Assembly: GCA_963780765.1 (NCBI GenBank)
Contig: CAWADI010000001.1
Span: 960-64,959 of the forward strand
Length of the DNA stretch: 64,000 bases
Reading direction: 5' to 3'
Source of the DNA: an uncultured Alphaproteobacteria bacterium
Lineage (GTDB): Bacteria > Pseudomonadota > Alphaproteobacteria > Rhizobiales > Aestuariivirgaceae
The notes under the pieces are model-generated. The model was not told where the DNA came from. It made no database searches and saw only the letters and a list, made by a program, of their open reading frames with translations. How positions within the stretch are numbered: position 1 is the stretch's first letter; every line of letters begins with the position of its first letter. Made by a program: the position numbers and the translations under genes. Below, one piece after another: positions 29,426 through 38,043 of the stretch.

Positions 29426-30244
29426 TCAGCATATCCCCGTCTCCTTCTCTTCTGTGTTGTTTTCGCGTTCAAGACCCCAGGCAAGTGTTGGGCCATATCT
29501 CCTGTTGCTGAGATATCCCACACACGTCCAACGGAAGCCATTTCGGCTGAAACAGTTACCACGAATTTTTGCGAACGCCTCCGCACTGCGCATAGGATCT
29601 CCGTGGCATCGTCTTAGCTGAGGCACACGAGTATTGGAACCATCTGATAAAATGATGGCACGGTCTGCTAGACGATCAGTGAGTTTAGTCAATAAGCGAC
29701 CGCACGGCTCATGCCGAGATTTACAGTCCGCAAGATAGTAGACATTCGACCCGCCTTCACCGGGGCTGTCCCCTCGATGCATGAACACCGTCATTGACTT
29801 CGGCTTCACCTCCAACAAGGCATACTGACCAAATCCCCGACGACGCTTTACAACTAGAAGGCGGTCGGCGGATTCGCCTTCATAGATTTCTATGAGGGTG
29901 CTGGGCTCGATCTCCAAATGACCATCTTTCTCGTGCAGTCGGGAGTTCGGATCGCCCGTGATTGATGAACCTATGAGTTTGTAACCCCCTCCAGACCCTA
30001 TGGCCGGTTCAAGATCAAGACCCTTGGGATAGTGCAGATCGCAAAACACAACTTCATCAACGAATGGAGCGAATACAGACAGAACTTCGTTCGTGTCGCC
30101 GCCAGCCGATGGATAGAATAATGTTCCACGCTCGATAGAGGTGAGCCATTCATCAGGAATAAAGACTTGCGGCTCTGGCATGGCTCCTACGAATTTTCGC
30201 GATCTATTAGGAAATCGGCCAACAGAATCCGAAAGCACCCGCAT
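29426..30244 (-). CDS. Hypothetical protein (272 aa, lower-GC)
   Basis: Long clean ORF in a lower-GC patch. No motif that I can name. An alternative start, MPEPQVF, is at 30181. Confidence 0.45.
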   Translation of the reverse strand: MRVLSDSVGRFPNRSRKFVGAMPEPQVFIPDEWLTSIERGTLFYPSAGGDTNEVLSVFAPFVDEVVFCDLHYPKGLDLEPAIGSGGGYKLIGSSITGDPNSRLHEKDGHLEIEPSTLIEIYEGESADRLLVVKRRRGFGQYALLEVKPKSMTVFMHRGDSPGEGGSNVYYLADCKSRHEPCGRLLTKLTDRLADRAIILSDGSNTRVPQLRRCHGDPMRSAEAFAKIRGNCFSRNGFRWTCVGYLSNRRYGPTLAWGLERENNTEEKETGIC

Positions 30245-30274
30245 CGGCTGTTGGATGAGGATCCGAGGCTGATC

Positions 30275-30604
30275 CTATTGCTGACCGTATACTCTGGACC
30301 GACAATATTCCTCGCCGGGCAAATTTCCACGTTTTCTGTTCGTCCAGGGTCCATTGAGCTTGCATTCACCAATCACCACTTCGACGAAAACAGCGAACGG
30401 TATATCAACTTCAGCAAAATGGCGATCATCCTCCATCCGTTCGCCGCCAAGACCTCGAAGCGCTTCTGCGCCATACGGTAGTCTCAGCGCGACAAGATCG
30501 ATGTCGGTTTCGTTGCTGCCTCCGTCCTCATCCTGAAGTATGAAGCTCGCGAACCTCGAAGAACACCGGGCGGAATTCGCGACGCGATGGCTGTGGGAGC
30601 TTAT
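30275..30604 (-). pseudogene. Possible nucleotidyltransferase (Pol-beta/MNT-like) fragment without a start codon
   Basis: The third minus frame is open from 30604 to the stop at 30275. It contains ...DEDGGSNETDIDLVALRLPYGAEALRGLGGERMEDD, a GS...DxD-like motif. It has no plausible start and overlaps the GHKL fragment. Confidence 0.3.
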
Positions 30605-30944
30605 TCAGAACGCGCGGGACTTTCCCGACAAGTCGCGGTCGATGACGATTCGCGTCACCGTTTCGCCGAAACAAATTACCTTCGCGCACAACGGTCGCGA
30701 TTTTACGGAAGAGGAAATCCTGAGCCTTATCTTCCATGGCTCGACGAAGCAATCGAACCCGGACCAGCTCGGAAAATTCGGAAGCGGCCTTCTATCGACG
30801 CTCCTGATCTCAAGAAAGGTCCAGATCAAGGAAACGTTGCGTGACGACGACGGCCTTCGGAAAGGCTTTGAATTCGAGCTGGACCGGTCCGTCGAAGACG
30901 CCGAGGAGATCGGGGGGCGATGCGACGATCGCTTAAGGCGTTAG
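30540..30944 (+). pseudogene. GHKL (Hsp90/MutL/histidine-kinase-like) ATPase N-terminal fragment
   Basis: The Bergerat-fold N-box WLWELIQNARD and G-box LGKFGSGLLS are present. The ORF stops after 134 aa with no downstream domain in frame. Confidence 0.6.
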
Positions 30945-31139
30945 TCAAATCCCTGAACCAGAGTCGGTTAAGCCAACGGATTGGGCGGAGTACGTCTACC
31001 AAACCGATGGGTCGCTGGATGCCGGGGAACTCGCCGGTTTCGCGATCGAACGCCCAGGTCCTTAGAAAGCAGACAGCGACCGCATGACCACGCGTAGGCT
31101 TAATCGGCTGGATGTCGGCATCGGCTGGATGGTCGGCGC

Positions 31140-31520
31140 TCACAGCTCGTACCCACGGTCCACCCAGTAAAGCCAATCACCGACGGCCTCCTGGGTCTCT
31201 TGATCTTTCGACAATGGTTGCAATTGCGCCAAAGGGACGGCCATTTGCTCCCCGGCCCGCTTAACCCACACAAACATTTCACTCTCGCACTCCTCTTCCG
31301 GTGCCATGCCGAGAACTTCCACTTCTTCTTTAACCTCGAGGATGGAGATGGGCCGCGCGGACCTACAGCGCGCCTTGAATGGAACCGTCATCTTGCCGTC
31401 GAGGTAGCAATACCAGCCCATCGCACGTTCGCTGGAATCGTAAGCATCGACGATGGCCTCCATAGTAATTCGTTGTTCGCGTATTTCATCCCTCGTGCGC
31501 GCCATCGTTCCACTATCCAA
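31140..31520 (-). CDS. Conserved hypothetical protein (126 aa)
   Basis: AIVDAYDSSERAMGWYCYLDGKMTVPFKARC...MFVWVKRAGEQMAVPLAQLQPL...EAVGDWLYWVDRGYEL. I recall homologs annotated as calcium-binding protein, which is unverifiable here. An 8-nt overlap with the upstream gene suggests an operon. Confidence 0.55.
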   Translation of the reverse strand: MDSGTMARTRDEIREQRITMEAIVDAYDSSERAMGWYCYLDGKMTVPFKARCRSARPISILEVKEEVEVLGMAPEEECESEMFVWVKRAGEQMAVPLAQLQPLSKDQETQEAVGDWLYWVDRGYEL

Positions 31521-32166
31521 GCTTGATCGGTGTATTCATCCTTGCAGAGCGTCGTTCTGACGCTTCGCTTTGGTTCTTCAACGGAGCCGGCGTCAATGCG
31601 TCCCTGACCTTGCGCAACGCCTCGTTGGGGCGACAGCCGGATATGTCAACGGACACATGCGCTCTGCGGAAGGAGCGGCTGAAGTAGGCGATGTCCCGTC
31701 TTATTTCACGGAGGTAGAGGCCCTTCTCACGATCCGTCAAAGTCATTCGCACCGGGCGGGAGTCGATGTCGTAAAATGTGATCCTCTTGAGGATATTCTC
31801 CGGCGTATCCCGAAGCACGACAACGGTGGCGTCTCGCGTCTCGTTGACAACTTTCCAGTAACCACCCAGTAGACCGCTCGGCGGCAACGCAATGACACAA
31901 TTGTAACTGTCCCCCCGAGAGAGAACGTGTTTCAAGGCTTGTGATGCCGCCAGCCGGAAATCGTGCGACGTCAGGTGGCAGTTTCGAAGCCGCTCAATCG
32001 ACGTTTCGAAGAAACGCTCGGTCTCAACATCCAGATCAAAAAAGCGACACTCTAGGAGGCCAGCCAGTTGAGCGCCGACAGTAGTCTTGCCGACACAGCC
32101 GAGGCCAGCGAGGAAAATGCCGTACTCAACTAGGAACGGCACAGCTCTCATCGAACGTTCCAACAT
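31513..32166 (-). CDS. P-loop kinase/ATPase (shikimate-kinase-like)
   Basis: Walker A in FLAGLGCVGKTTVGAQLAGLLECRFFDLD. About 210 aa. Confidence 0.6.
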   Translation of the reverse strand: MLERSMRAVPFLVEYGIFLAGLGCVGKTTVGAQLAGLLECRFFDLDVETERFFETSIERLRNCHLTSHDFRLAASQALKHVLSRGDSYNCVIALPPSGLLGGYWKVVNETRDATVVVLRDTPENILKRITFYDIDSRPVRMTLTDREKGLYLREIRRDIAYFSRSFRRAHVSVDISGCRPNEALRKVRDALTPAPLKNQSEASERRSARMNTPIKLG

Positions 32167-32561
32167 GCGTATTCATAGACAATTCGTGCCGTCAGTGGCT
32201 CGGCTTTCCACAGGGGCGGCGAAGTCGAGGCGGATAGGAGAGGTGGCCCCTGAATCTCGGACAGCCGGTTAAGGTGGATCGCGACATGAGAACGACGATC
32301 CCCGATGACGAAGAGACGACGGTATTCAGAGGTGGCCCCGGGATGGGCGAGGTGGGTATAGATGACGCCCAGCCCGTTGCAGTCCGGGCACGCCCCCTTG
32401 GAATTGGCCGATAACAGCGCCGCATCGACCGCGTTGGCCTTGGCGAAGGCCTTGCGCACATTATCGCGAATGCCGGTATAGGTCGCCGTGTCGGACCGCC
32501 GCGAGCCGCGCGCCAGGTTCTGGTCGATGATGGTGGTTTCTGGATATTTAGCCGGTTTCAC
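32148..32561 (-). pseudogene. UvrA-like ABC ATPase internal fragment
   Basis: TTIIDQNLARGSRRSDTATYTGIRDNVRKAFA...SKGACPDCNGLGVIY resembles the UvrA segment IDQSPIGRTPRSNPATYTG...GGRCExCxGxG. It has neither the N- nor the C-terminal ATPase domain. The fragment begins at the edge of the 162-bp inverted repeat. Confidence 0.5.
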
Positions 32562-32573
32562 GACGCTCCTCGA

Positions 32574-32735
32574 GCGCTCTTTGGTCTCTTCTGAGAGCCG
32601 ACGGGGCGAGCGGTAGCTCGAACCGACGTGTTCAATGCCACGGCGGCGCGAATGAGCGCCTTCAACGCCTTTTCGTCAATCTTGTCGCCCTCATGGAAAT
32701 CGATGGCACGCCTGGTGTTGCCTTCGAGGCTGGAC
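32574..32735 (-). repeat. Inverted-repeat arm (orphan copy of the 3' end of the DUF1801 gene at 40684..41136)
   Basis: The reverse complement encodes SSLEGNTRRAIDFHEGDKIDEKALKALIRAAVALNTSVRATARPVGSQKRPKSA versus SSLEGNARRAIDFHEGDKIDEKALKALIRAAVALNRSVRAAARPLRSQKRPKSA. DNA identity is about 90% over 162 bp. Confidence 0.85.
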
Positions 32736-32983
32736 GAGACTGAGAACCGGCGTTCAATTGCTAGTGGCACCATGAAGGATGCGGTCCCAGAACCTCTGCG
32801 CCGCTCTATTAAGGAGCCAATCTCCGCCGTATTCCAAGCTTGGGAGCTTCTTTTGAGTGCGGTTGAAGGCAAGGCGGTTTTCGGCGCTCGTGAAGTTCGT
32901 TGTTCCGAAGTGCCGGGTCGCCGATCTGAGCGCTAATCTCGATCGCAAAAGATGCTCGTCCGCCCGTTGCTGGCCGAGTTTTT

Positions 32984-33002
32984 TGTATGCTATTGTCATA
33001 CA
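32984..33002 (+). promoter_or_regulatory. Palindrome upstream of the antitoxin gene (candidate operator)
   Basis: TGTATG-ctattgt-CATACA, 31 nt upstream of the ATG at 33033. Confidence 0.4.
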
Positions 33003-33032
33003 TCTTTAACGAGTCGCAGGAACCATCGCGCT

Positions 33033-33296
33033 ATGACAACGTCTGTACTGAGCGTGCGCGTCAGCGAAGAGGAGCGCGCCCTCTTAGAGGCGGCCTCTGA
33101 TCAGGCGCGCACCAGCCTCAGCGACTTCGTCCGTCGCAAGGCGCTCGAAGCCGCTGAGATGGACATGCTGGAGCGTCCGGTCGTCACCATCCCGGCCAAG
33201 GATTGGGAGGCGTTCGAGGCGTGGGCCAATCGTCCACCCCAAAAGGTCGCGGCACTTGAGGTGCTGGCGGGCACCGATCCCGCATGGCGGAAATAG
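33033..33296 (+). CDS. DUF1778 (TacA-like, RHH) type II antitoxin
   Basis: MTTSVLSVRVSEEERALLEAASDQARTSLSDFVRRKALEAAE... Confidence 0.85.
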   Translation: MTTSVLSVRVSEEERALLEAASDQARTSLSDFVRRKALEAAEMDMLERPVVTIPAKDWEAFEAWANRPPQKVAALEVLAGTDPAWRK

Positions 33297-33796
33297 CGCC
33301 GCCGCGGCCGCTCGCCGAAACCGACGACCGCAGCGGCTTCGACTGCGGCCGGGAATCGATGAACCAGTGGTTTGGGCGTCACGGCTGGGCCAATCATGCC
33401 GCCGGCCTTTCCCGCGCCAACGTCGTTTGCGATGCGGCGACGGGCCAAATCGTCGGCTATGTCACCCTGAGCGCCGGCCAGATCGAGCGGGCAGCATTGC
33501 CCAAGCCGCTCCAGCGCAACAAGCCCGACCCTGTGCCGGCGACCCTGCTCGGCCAGCTTGCTATCCACAAAGATCATCCGGGAAAGGGCTACGCCCGATC
33601 GCTGCTTCTGTTCGCCCTGCGCGCCGCGCTCCGGTCGTCCCACGACGTGGGAAGCCTCGGCGTCTTCACACATCCTCTCGACGACGCCGCGCGCGCCTTC
33701 TACGCGCGCTGGGGCTTTGTAGACCTGCCCTTCGACCCGCGCCGGGCGATGATCGTCCGCATGGTCGATCTGGAGTGGAGCGGATTGGGGTTGTGA
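33284..33796 (+). CDS. GNAT-family acetyltransferase toxin (TacT-like)
   Basis: FDCGRESMNQWF...GYVTLSAGQIERAALP...LGQLAIHKDHPGKGYARSLLLFAL...FYARWGF. Overlaps the antitoxin by 13 nt. Confidence 0.85.
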   Translation: MAEIAPPRPLAETDDRSGFDCGRESMNQWFGRHGWANHAAGLSRANVVCDAATGQIVGYVTLSAGQIERAALPKPLQRNKPDPVPATLLGQLAIHKDHPGKGYARSLLLFALRAALRSSHDVGSLGVFTHPLDDAARAFYARWGFVDLPFDPRRAMIVRMVDLEWSGLGL

Positions 33797-33927
33797 AACC
33801 GGGGCGGCGAAAATACCGCCTCGTGGTTGAAATCAACTTTAGCCTGTATTCGTAAGGGCGGACTCTGCGCCTTCAGCGCAGGCCCATTCGCCGATGAGCG
33901 TTTGCGCGGGGCACCTAAACGCCAAAA

Positions 33928-33993
33928 TAATGGCGTATAGGCTCGATAATTGCGCATACATGTGCCTTAATGGCGCATAGAAAGCTATACGCA
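33928..33993 (+). promoter_or_regulatory. Array of four 13-bp operator-like repeats upstream of fic
   Basis: TAATGGCGTATAG (33928), TAATTGCGCATAC (33947) and TAATGGCGCATAG (33968) are direct repeats at 19-21 bp spacing. An inverted half site CTATACGCA lies at 33985. The array ends 15 nt before the fic ATG. Confidence 0.55.
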
Positions 33994-34007
33994 ACAAAGG
34001 ATTTGTC

Positions 34008-35420
34008 ATGGCCAAGCCCCGGCCGGAACAGGAACTCGCAGCCATCGAAGCCGTGGTGTGCGCTTATCCCGGCGGCATGACGCTTGCGGAGATCACGGCC
34101 GCGCTGAAGGCGGAGATTCCCCAGCGCACGCTCCAGCATCGGCTCAAGTCTCTGACTGACAGCGGCCGGCTGATCCGGGAAGGGGAGCGGCGCTGGGCGA
34201 AATACCGCCTGCCGCCCATCATCGCCACCGCCGATCTGAAGGCTGGCGATGCGCGTCCTGAGGCGCAGGTGGAGGTTGGCATCCCGCTCTCAAAGGGCGG
34301 GGCCGAAGTGCAGGCCTATGTCCGGCAGCCCGTCGAGAAACGCAAGCCGGTCGGCTACGCCCGGGCGTTCCTTGATTCCTACCGGCCCAATGTCAGCACC
34401 TATCTCGATGACAAAGAGCGCGCGCATCTTCTGAGAGTCGGCACCGCCGAAGCCGGAGACCAGCCCGCCGGCACCTACGCGAAGCAGATCCTGAACCGCC
34501 TGCTGATCGACCTGTCGTGGAATTCAAGCCGCCTTGAAGGGAACACCTATTCGCTGCTCGACACGAAGCGGCTCATCGACTTCGGCGAAGAGGCGGAAGG
34601 CAAGGAGCGGCTCGAAGCACAGATGATCCTGAATCACAAGGATGCGATCGAGTTCCTTGTGGGTTCCGCCGAGGATATCGGCTTCAACCGCTATACGGTC
34701 CTAAATCTCCACGCGATGCTCGCGAACAACCTGCTCGCCGACGAAGCGGCGGCGGGGCGCCTGCGGCGCATCGCCGTCGGCATCGAGCGATCCGCCTTCC
34801 ATCCGCTCGAAATCCCGGCGCTGATCGAGGAGTGCTTCGATCAGATCCTGGCGACGGCGGCCGCGATCAAGGATCCTGTCGAGCAGTCGTTCTTCGCGAT
34901 GGTGCAGCTGCCTTACCTGCAGCCCTTCGATGATGTGAACAAGCGCGTCTCGCGCCTTGCGGCCAACATCCCGCTCATCAAGCGCAACCTCTCGCCGCTG
35001 TCCTTCACCGACGTGCCGCGCAGCGCGTACACCGACGCGGTGCTCGGCGTCTATGAGCTGAACCGCGTCGATCTGCTCAAGGACGTCTTCATCTGGGCCT
35101 ATGAGCGCTCGGCCGCGCGCTATGCCGCCGTCAAGCAATCGCTCGGCGAACCCGACCCCTTCCGCCTGCGTCACCGCGCGGCGCTGCGCGAGCTCATCGC
35201 ACAGATCGTACAGGGGCGCATGGACCGCAAGGCCACGCCTGCATACATCGCGGCCTGGGTGACGGAGAATATTGAGACTCCAGAGCGCGAGCGCTTCCGC
35301 GAACTCGCGGAGCGGGAGCTGCTCGGCCTGCACGAAGGGAATTTCGCGCGCTACCGCATCCGGCCCTCCGAATTCGCGGCGTGGCAGCAGTTGTGGGCGG
35401 CAGCGGGGGCGCGCGCGTGA
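34008..35420 (+). CDS. Fic-family protein with N-terminal wHTH and a degenerate Fic motif
   Basis: 470 aa. The Fic core region carries QPFDDVNKRVSRL (nt 34920-34958) instead of HPFx[DE]GNGRxxR. Confidence 0.85.
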   Translation: MAKPRPEQELAAIEAVVCAYPGGMTLAEITAALKAEIPQRTLQHRLKSLTDSGRLIREGERRWAKYRLPPIIATADLKAGDARPEAQVEVGIPLSKGGAEVQAYVRQPVEKRKPVGYARAFLDSYRPNVSTYLDDKERAHLLRVGTAEAGDQPAGTYAKQILNRLLIDLSWNSSRLEGNTYSLLDTKRLIDFGEEAEGKERLEAQMILNHKDAIEFLVGSAEDIGFNRYTVLNLHAMLANNLLADEAAAGRLRRIAVGIERSAFHPLEIPALIEECFDQILATAAAIKDPVEQSFFAMVQLPYLQPFDDVNKRVSRLAANIPLIKRNLSPLSFTDVPRSAYTDAVLGVYELNRVDLLKDVFIWAYERSAARYAAVKQSLGEPDPFRLRHRAALRELIAQIVQGRMDRKATPAYIAAWVTENIETPERERFRELAERELLGLHEGNFARYRIRPSEFAAWQQLWAAAGARA

Positions 35421-35449
35421 ACGGCGCCGGCCCGGCGGGGCGCCGGATC

Positions 35450-35640
35450 GTGCGCATCACGCGATCCCATATCGAGAACTTCCGCTGCGTCCGCATCTCA
35501 CGTCGAGCTGGGCGACAGTACGGTTTTCATCGGCCGGAACAGTGCCGGCAAGACGGCCATTCTCGATGCCGTGCGGATTGTGCCGGAGCGCGCTTCCGGA
35601 ACACCGAGCCGAGAGACCTGCGATTTTTCGGCTCCAGCAC
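35450..35640 (+). pseudogene. N-terminal remnant of an AAA15/OLD-family-type ATPase
   Basis: VRITRSHIENFRCVRIS, then after a frame shift HVELGDSTVFIGRNSAGKTAILDAVRIV (Walker A). It is cut off by the convergent SDR gene at 35643. Confidence 0.35.
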
Positions 35641-35642
35641 GA

Positions 35643-36408
35643 CTAGCGAGCCGTAAATCCCCCATCAACTGTCAGGACCGTCCCGGTGACAAATCGCGCC
35701 TCATCCGAGGCAAGGTAGAGGACCGCTGCCGCAATTTCCTCCGGCCGCCCAAGCCGGCCAACCGGAAACCAGCTGGCCGCTTCCTCGCGAGAAGTGCCAT
35801 GTGTGTCGAGCCAGCGAACGAATACATCGTTGGGAATGTCGAAACCTGCGGTTGCCAGCGCATTGATGCTTATGTTGTTCGCTGCAACCTGGAGAGCGGC
35901 AGATTTCGTCAAGCCGATCACTCCGCCCTTGGTCGCAGCATAGAGACCATTGTCGGCAACGCCGGTGATGCTGCTGGTTACCGAAGCCTGATTCACAATT
36001 GCCCCACCGCCATTCTTCCGCATCTGTGCGACCTGGTGTTTCATGCAGTAGTAAGCGCCCCTCAGATTGGTGTCGATCAGTTCGTCGAAGGAGGCTGAAG
36101 GCAGATCAAGCGTTGGTCCCGAGATCTCTTTTGCCGCGTTGTTAACCGCAATATCAAGACGGCCATACTTGTTGAACCGTCGCCGAAACGAGCCGTTCGA
36201 CATCTGCCTCGCGCGACACATCAGCGTGAAGGTAAAGGCCGTCCGCGCCGCCAGCAGTCACCAAAGCAAGGGTCTCACGACCACCCTCATTATTGATGTC
36301 GCACATGGCAAGTCGTGCGCCACGCTCCGCGAAGGCACGCGCACACACTCGGCCAAATCCCTGGGCCGCGCCAGTGATGAGCACAACCTTCCCATCGAAT
36401 CCGAACAT
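35643..36408 (-). pseudogene. SDR-family oxidoreductase (FabG-like) with one frame break
   Basis: MFGFDGKVVLITGAAQGFG...DVERLVSAT in ORF 36154..36408, then FNKYGRLDIAVNNAA...YAATKGGVIGLTK...LASDEARFVTG in ORF 35643..36221. The junction gcgacgGttcaac (36171-36183) is consistent with one extra base. Confidence 0.8.
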
Positions 36409-36535
36409 GGGTCTCTCCTCCTCAGCAACTAGATGGGGTAACGGGCCAGCTTAACGGATAGGCGGTCGTCCCTAGAGTGATGGTGTTAACGGAGTCGGGC
36501 GTGGTGCCTGCTCCAAGCATCATCGAGGAACGACC

Positions 36536-37570
36536 ATGGAACAGTATGCAGGAATCGACGTGTCGTTGGAAAGCGCCAGGGTTTGCGTGGTGGATGCGAA
36601 GGGCAAGATCGTTCGGGAAGGGGTAGTGGCAAGCGAGCCCGAGCCGTTGATCGGATGGCTGACAAAGCCGGGTATGGGACTATCTCGAGTTGGGCTTGAA
36701 GCCGGGCCGCTGTCACAGTGGCTTTATGCGGGATTGAAGGCGGCCGGCTTGCCGGCCGAGCTGATCGAGACGCGACATGTGCGCGACGCGTTCCGGGCGA
36801 TGGCGGTGAAGACGGACCGCAAGGATGCGCAGGCGATCGCCCAGTTGATGCGGCTGGGCTGGTTCAAGCCTGTGCACTGCAAATCCGCCTCGGCCCAGGA
36901 GGTGCGAGCGGTACTTGCCGCCCGCCGGCTGTTGCAAAGCAAGCTCTACGATATGGAGATGAGCCTGCGGGGGATATTGCGCGGCTTCGGGCTGAAAGTG
37001 GGCAAGACCACCAGCCGGACCTTCCCGGCGCGGATCCGGGCGCTGGTGGCCGGGCATGAGACGCTCGAGATCGTGGCAAAGGCGTTGCTTTCGGCGCATG
37101 CGGTACTGGTTCGGCAATACGCGGAGCTGGACCGGCGTGTACGCCGCACGGCACGCAGCGATGCCCGGGCGCGCCTGCTGATGACGACGCCGGGGGTCGG
37201 CGCGATCGTGGCGGTGACCTATGTCTCGGCGATCGACCAGACGTCGAGACTCAAGTCATCGAAGAGCGCCGGCGCCTTGTTCGGATTGACGCCCAAACGA
37301 TATCAGTCAGGTGAGATCGACATCAGCGGACGAATATCGAAGACCGGCGACCAGCAGGTGCGCACCGTGCTCTATGAGGCGGCGCACGTCATCCTGACGC
37401 GACCGGTCCGGGCCTCCCATCTCAAGAGCTGGGCGATGCGGGTGGCCAGGCGGGCCGGAATGCGCAAGGCCAAGGTGGCGCTGGCGCGCCGGCTCGCCGT
37501 CATCCTGCACCGAATGCTCGCCGATGGAACGCCATTTAACCCGGAAGCCGCGGCACCGCGGGCGGCATAG
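36536..37570 (+). mobile_element. IS110-family transposase (DEDD recombinase), intact; element ends not definable from a single copy
   Basis: MEQYAGIDVSLESARVCVVDAKGKIV...KTDRKDAQAIAQL...LMTTPGVGAIVAVTYVSAID...FGLTPKRYQSGEIDISGRISKTGDQQVRTVLYEAA. Confidence 0.9.
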
Positions 37571-37860
37571 AAGGGGCAGCGAGGAGAAATAGAAAAGGGC
37601 ATCGAGGAGAAAGCAAGAGTTTCGGCAGGGTCTGAGACTAACACCACCCCGCCGAGTGAAGTCCCGTCGCCGGGACGATGGATCCGGGCGAAGCCGCAAC
37701 ATGCTCTGTAGGTCACCAGACACTACGCGCAATTAGATTGGCAGGCCCGATCCTCATCCGACCCCATCAGGTGGCGGCCTTGCGCCGACCCCGTACAGAA
37801 GCAAGACCCCGGCGGCAGGATCATCACTCAAGGGATTGACAGTCGAGGGCCCGTTACAGA

Positions 37861-37906
37861 AGCATGTTCCGGAAAAGTGTGCACACTTTTCCGGCAAGAA
37901 CATGCT
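37861..37906. repeat. Long interrupted palindrome
   Basis: AGCATGTT-CCGGAAAAGTGTG|CACACTTTTCCGG-caag-AACATGCT. This is a 26-nt perfect inner palindrome plus 8-bp outer arms. Confidence 0.8.
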
Positions 37907-37936
37907 CCAAGTATTTGATGCTGCGCATTTTCTTAT

Positions 37937-37960
37937 CGGCGAAGTGATTCCACTTCGCCG
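37937..37960. repeat. Perfect 10-bp stem hairpin
   Basis: CGGCGAAGTG-attc-CACTTCGCCG, 84 nt beyond the malic enzyme stop. No U-tract on either strand. Confidence 0.8.
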
Positions 37961-38043
37961 GAAAATGCTATAGCCAATGCTTGCTCTACCCCTCGTCGCG
38001 TGGCGCGGAGCCGGCGCTTGCAAATCCGAGTTGCAGCTGCAGG

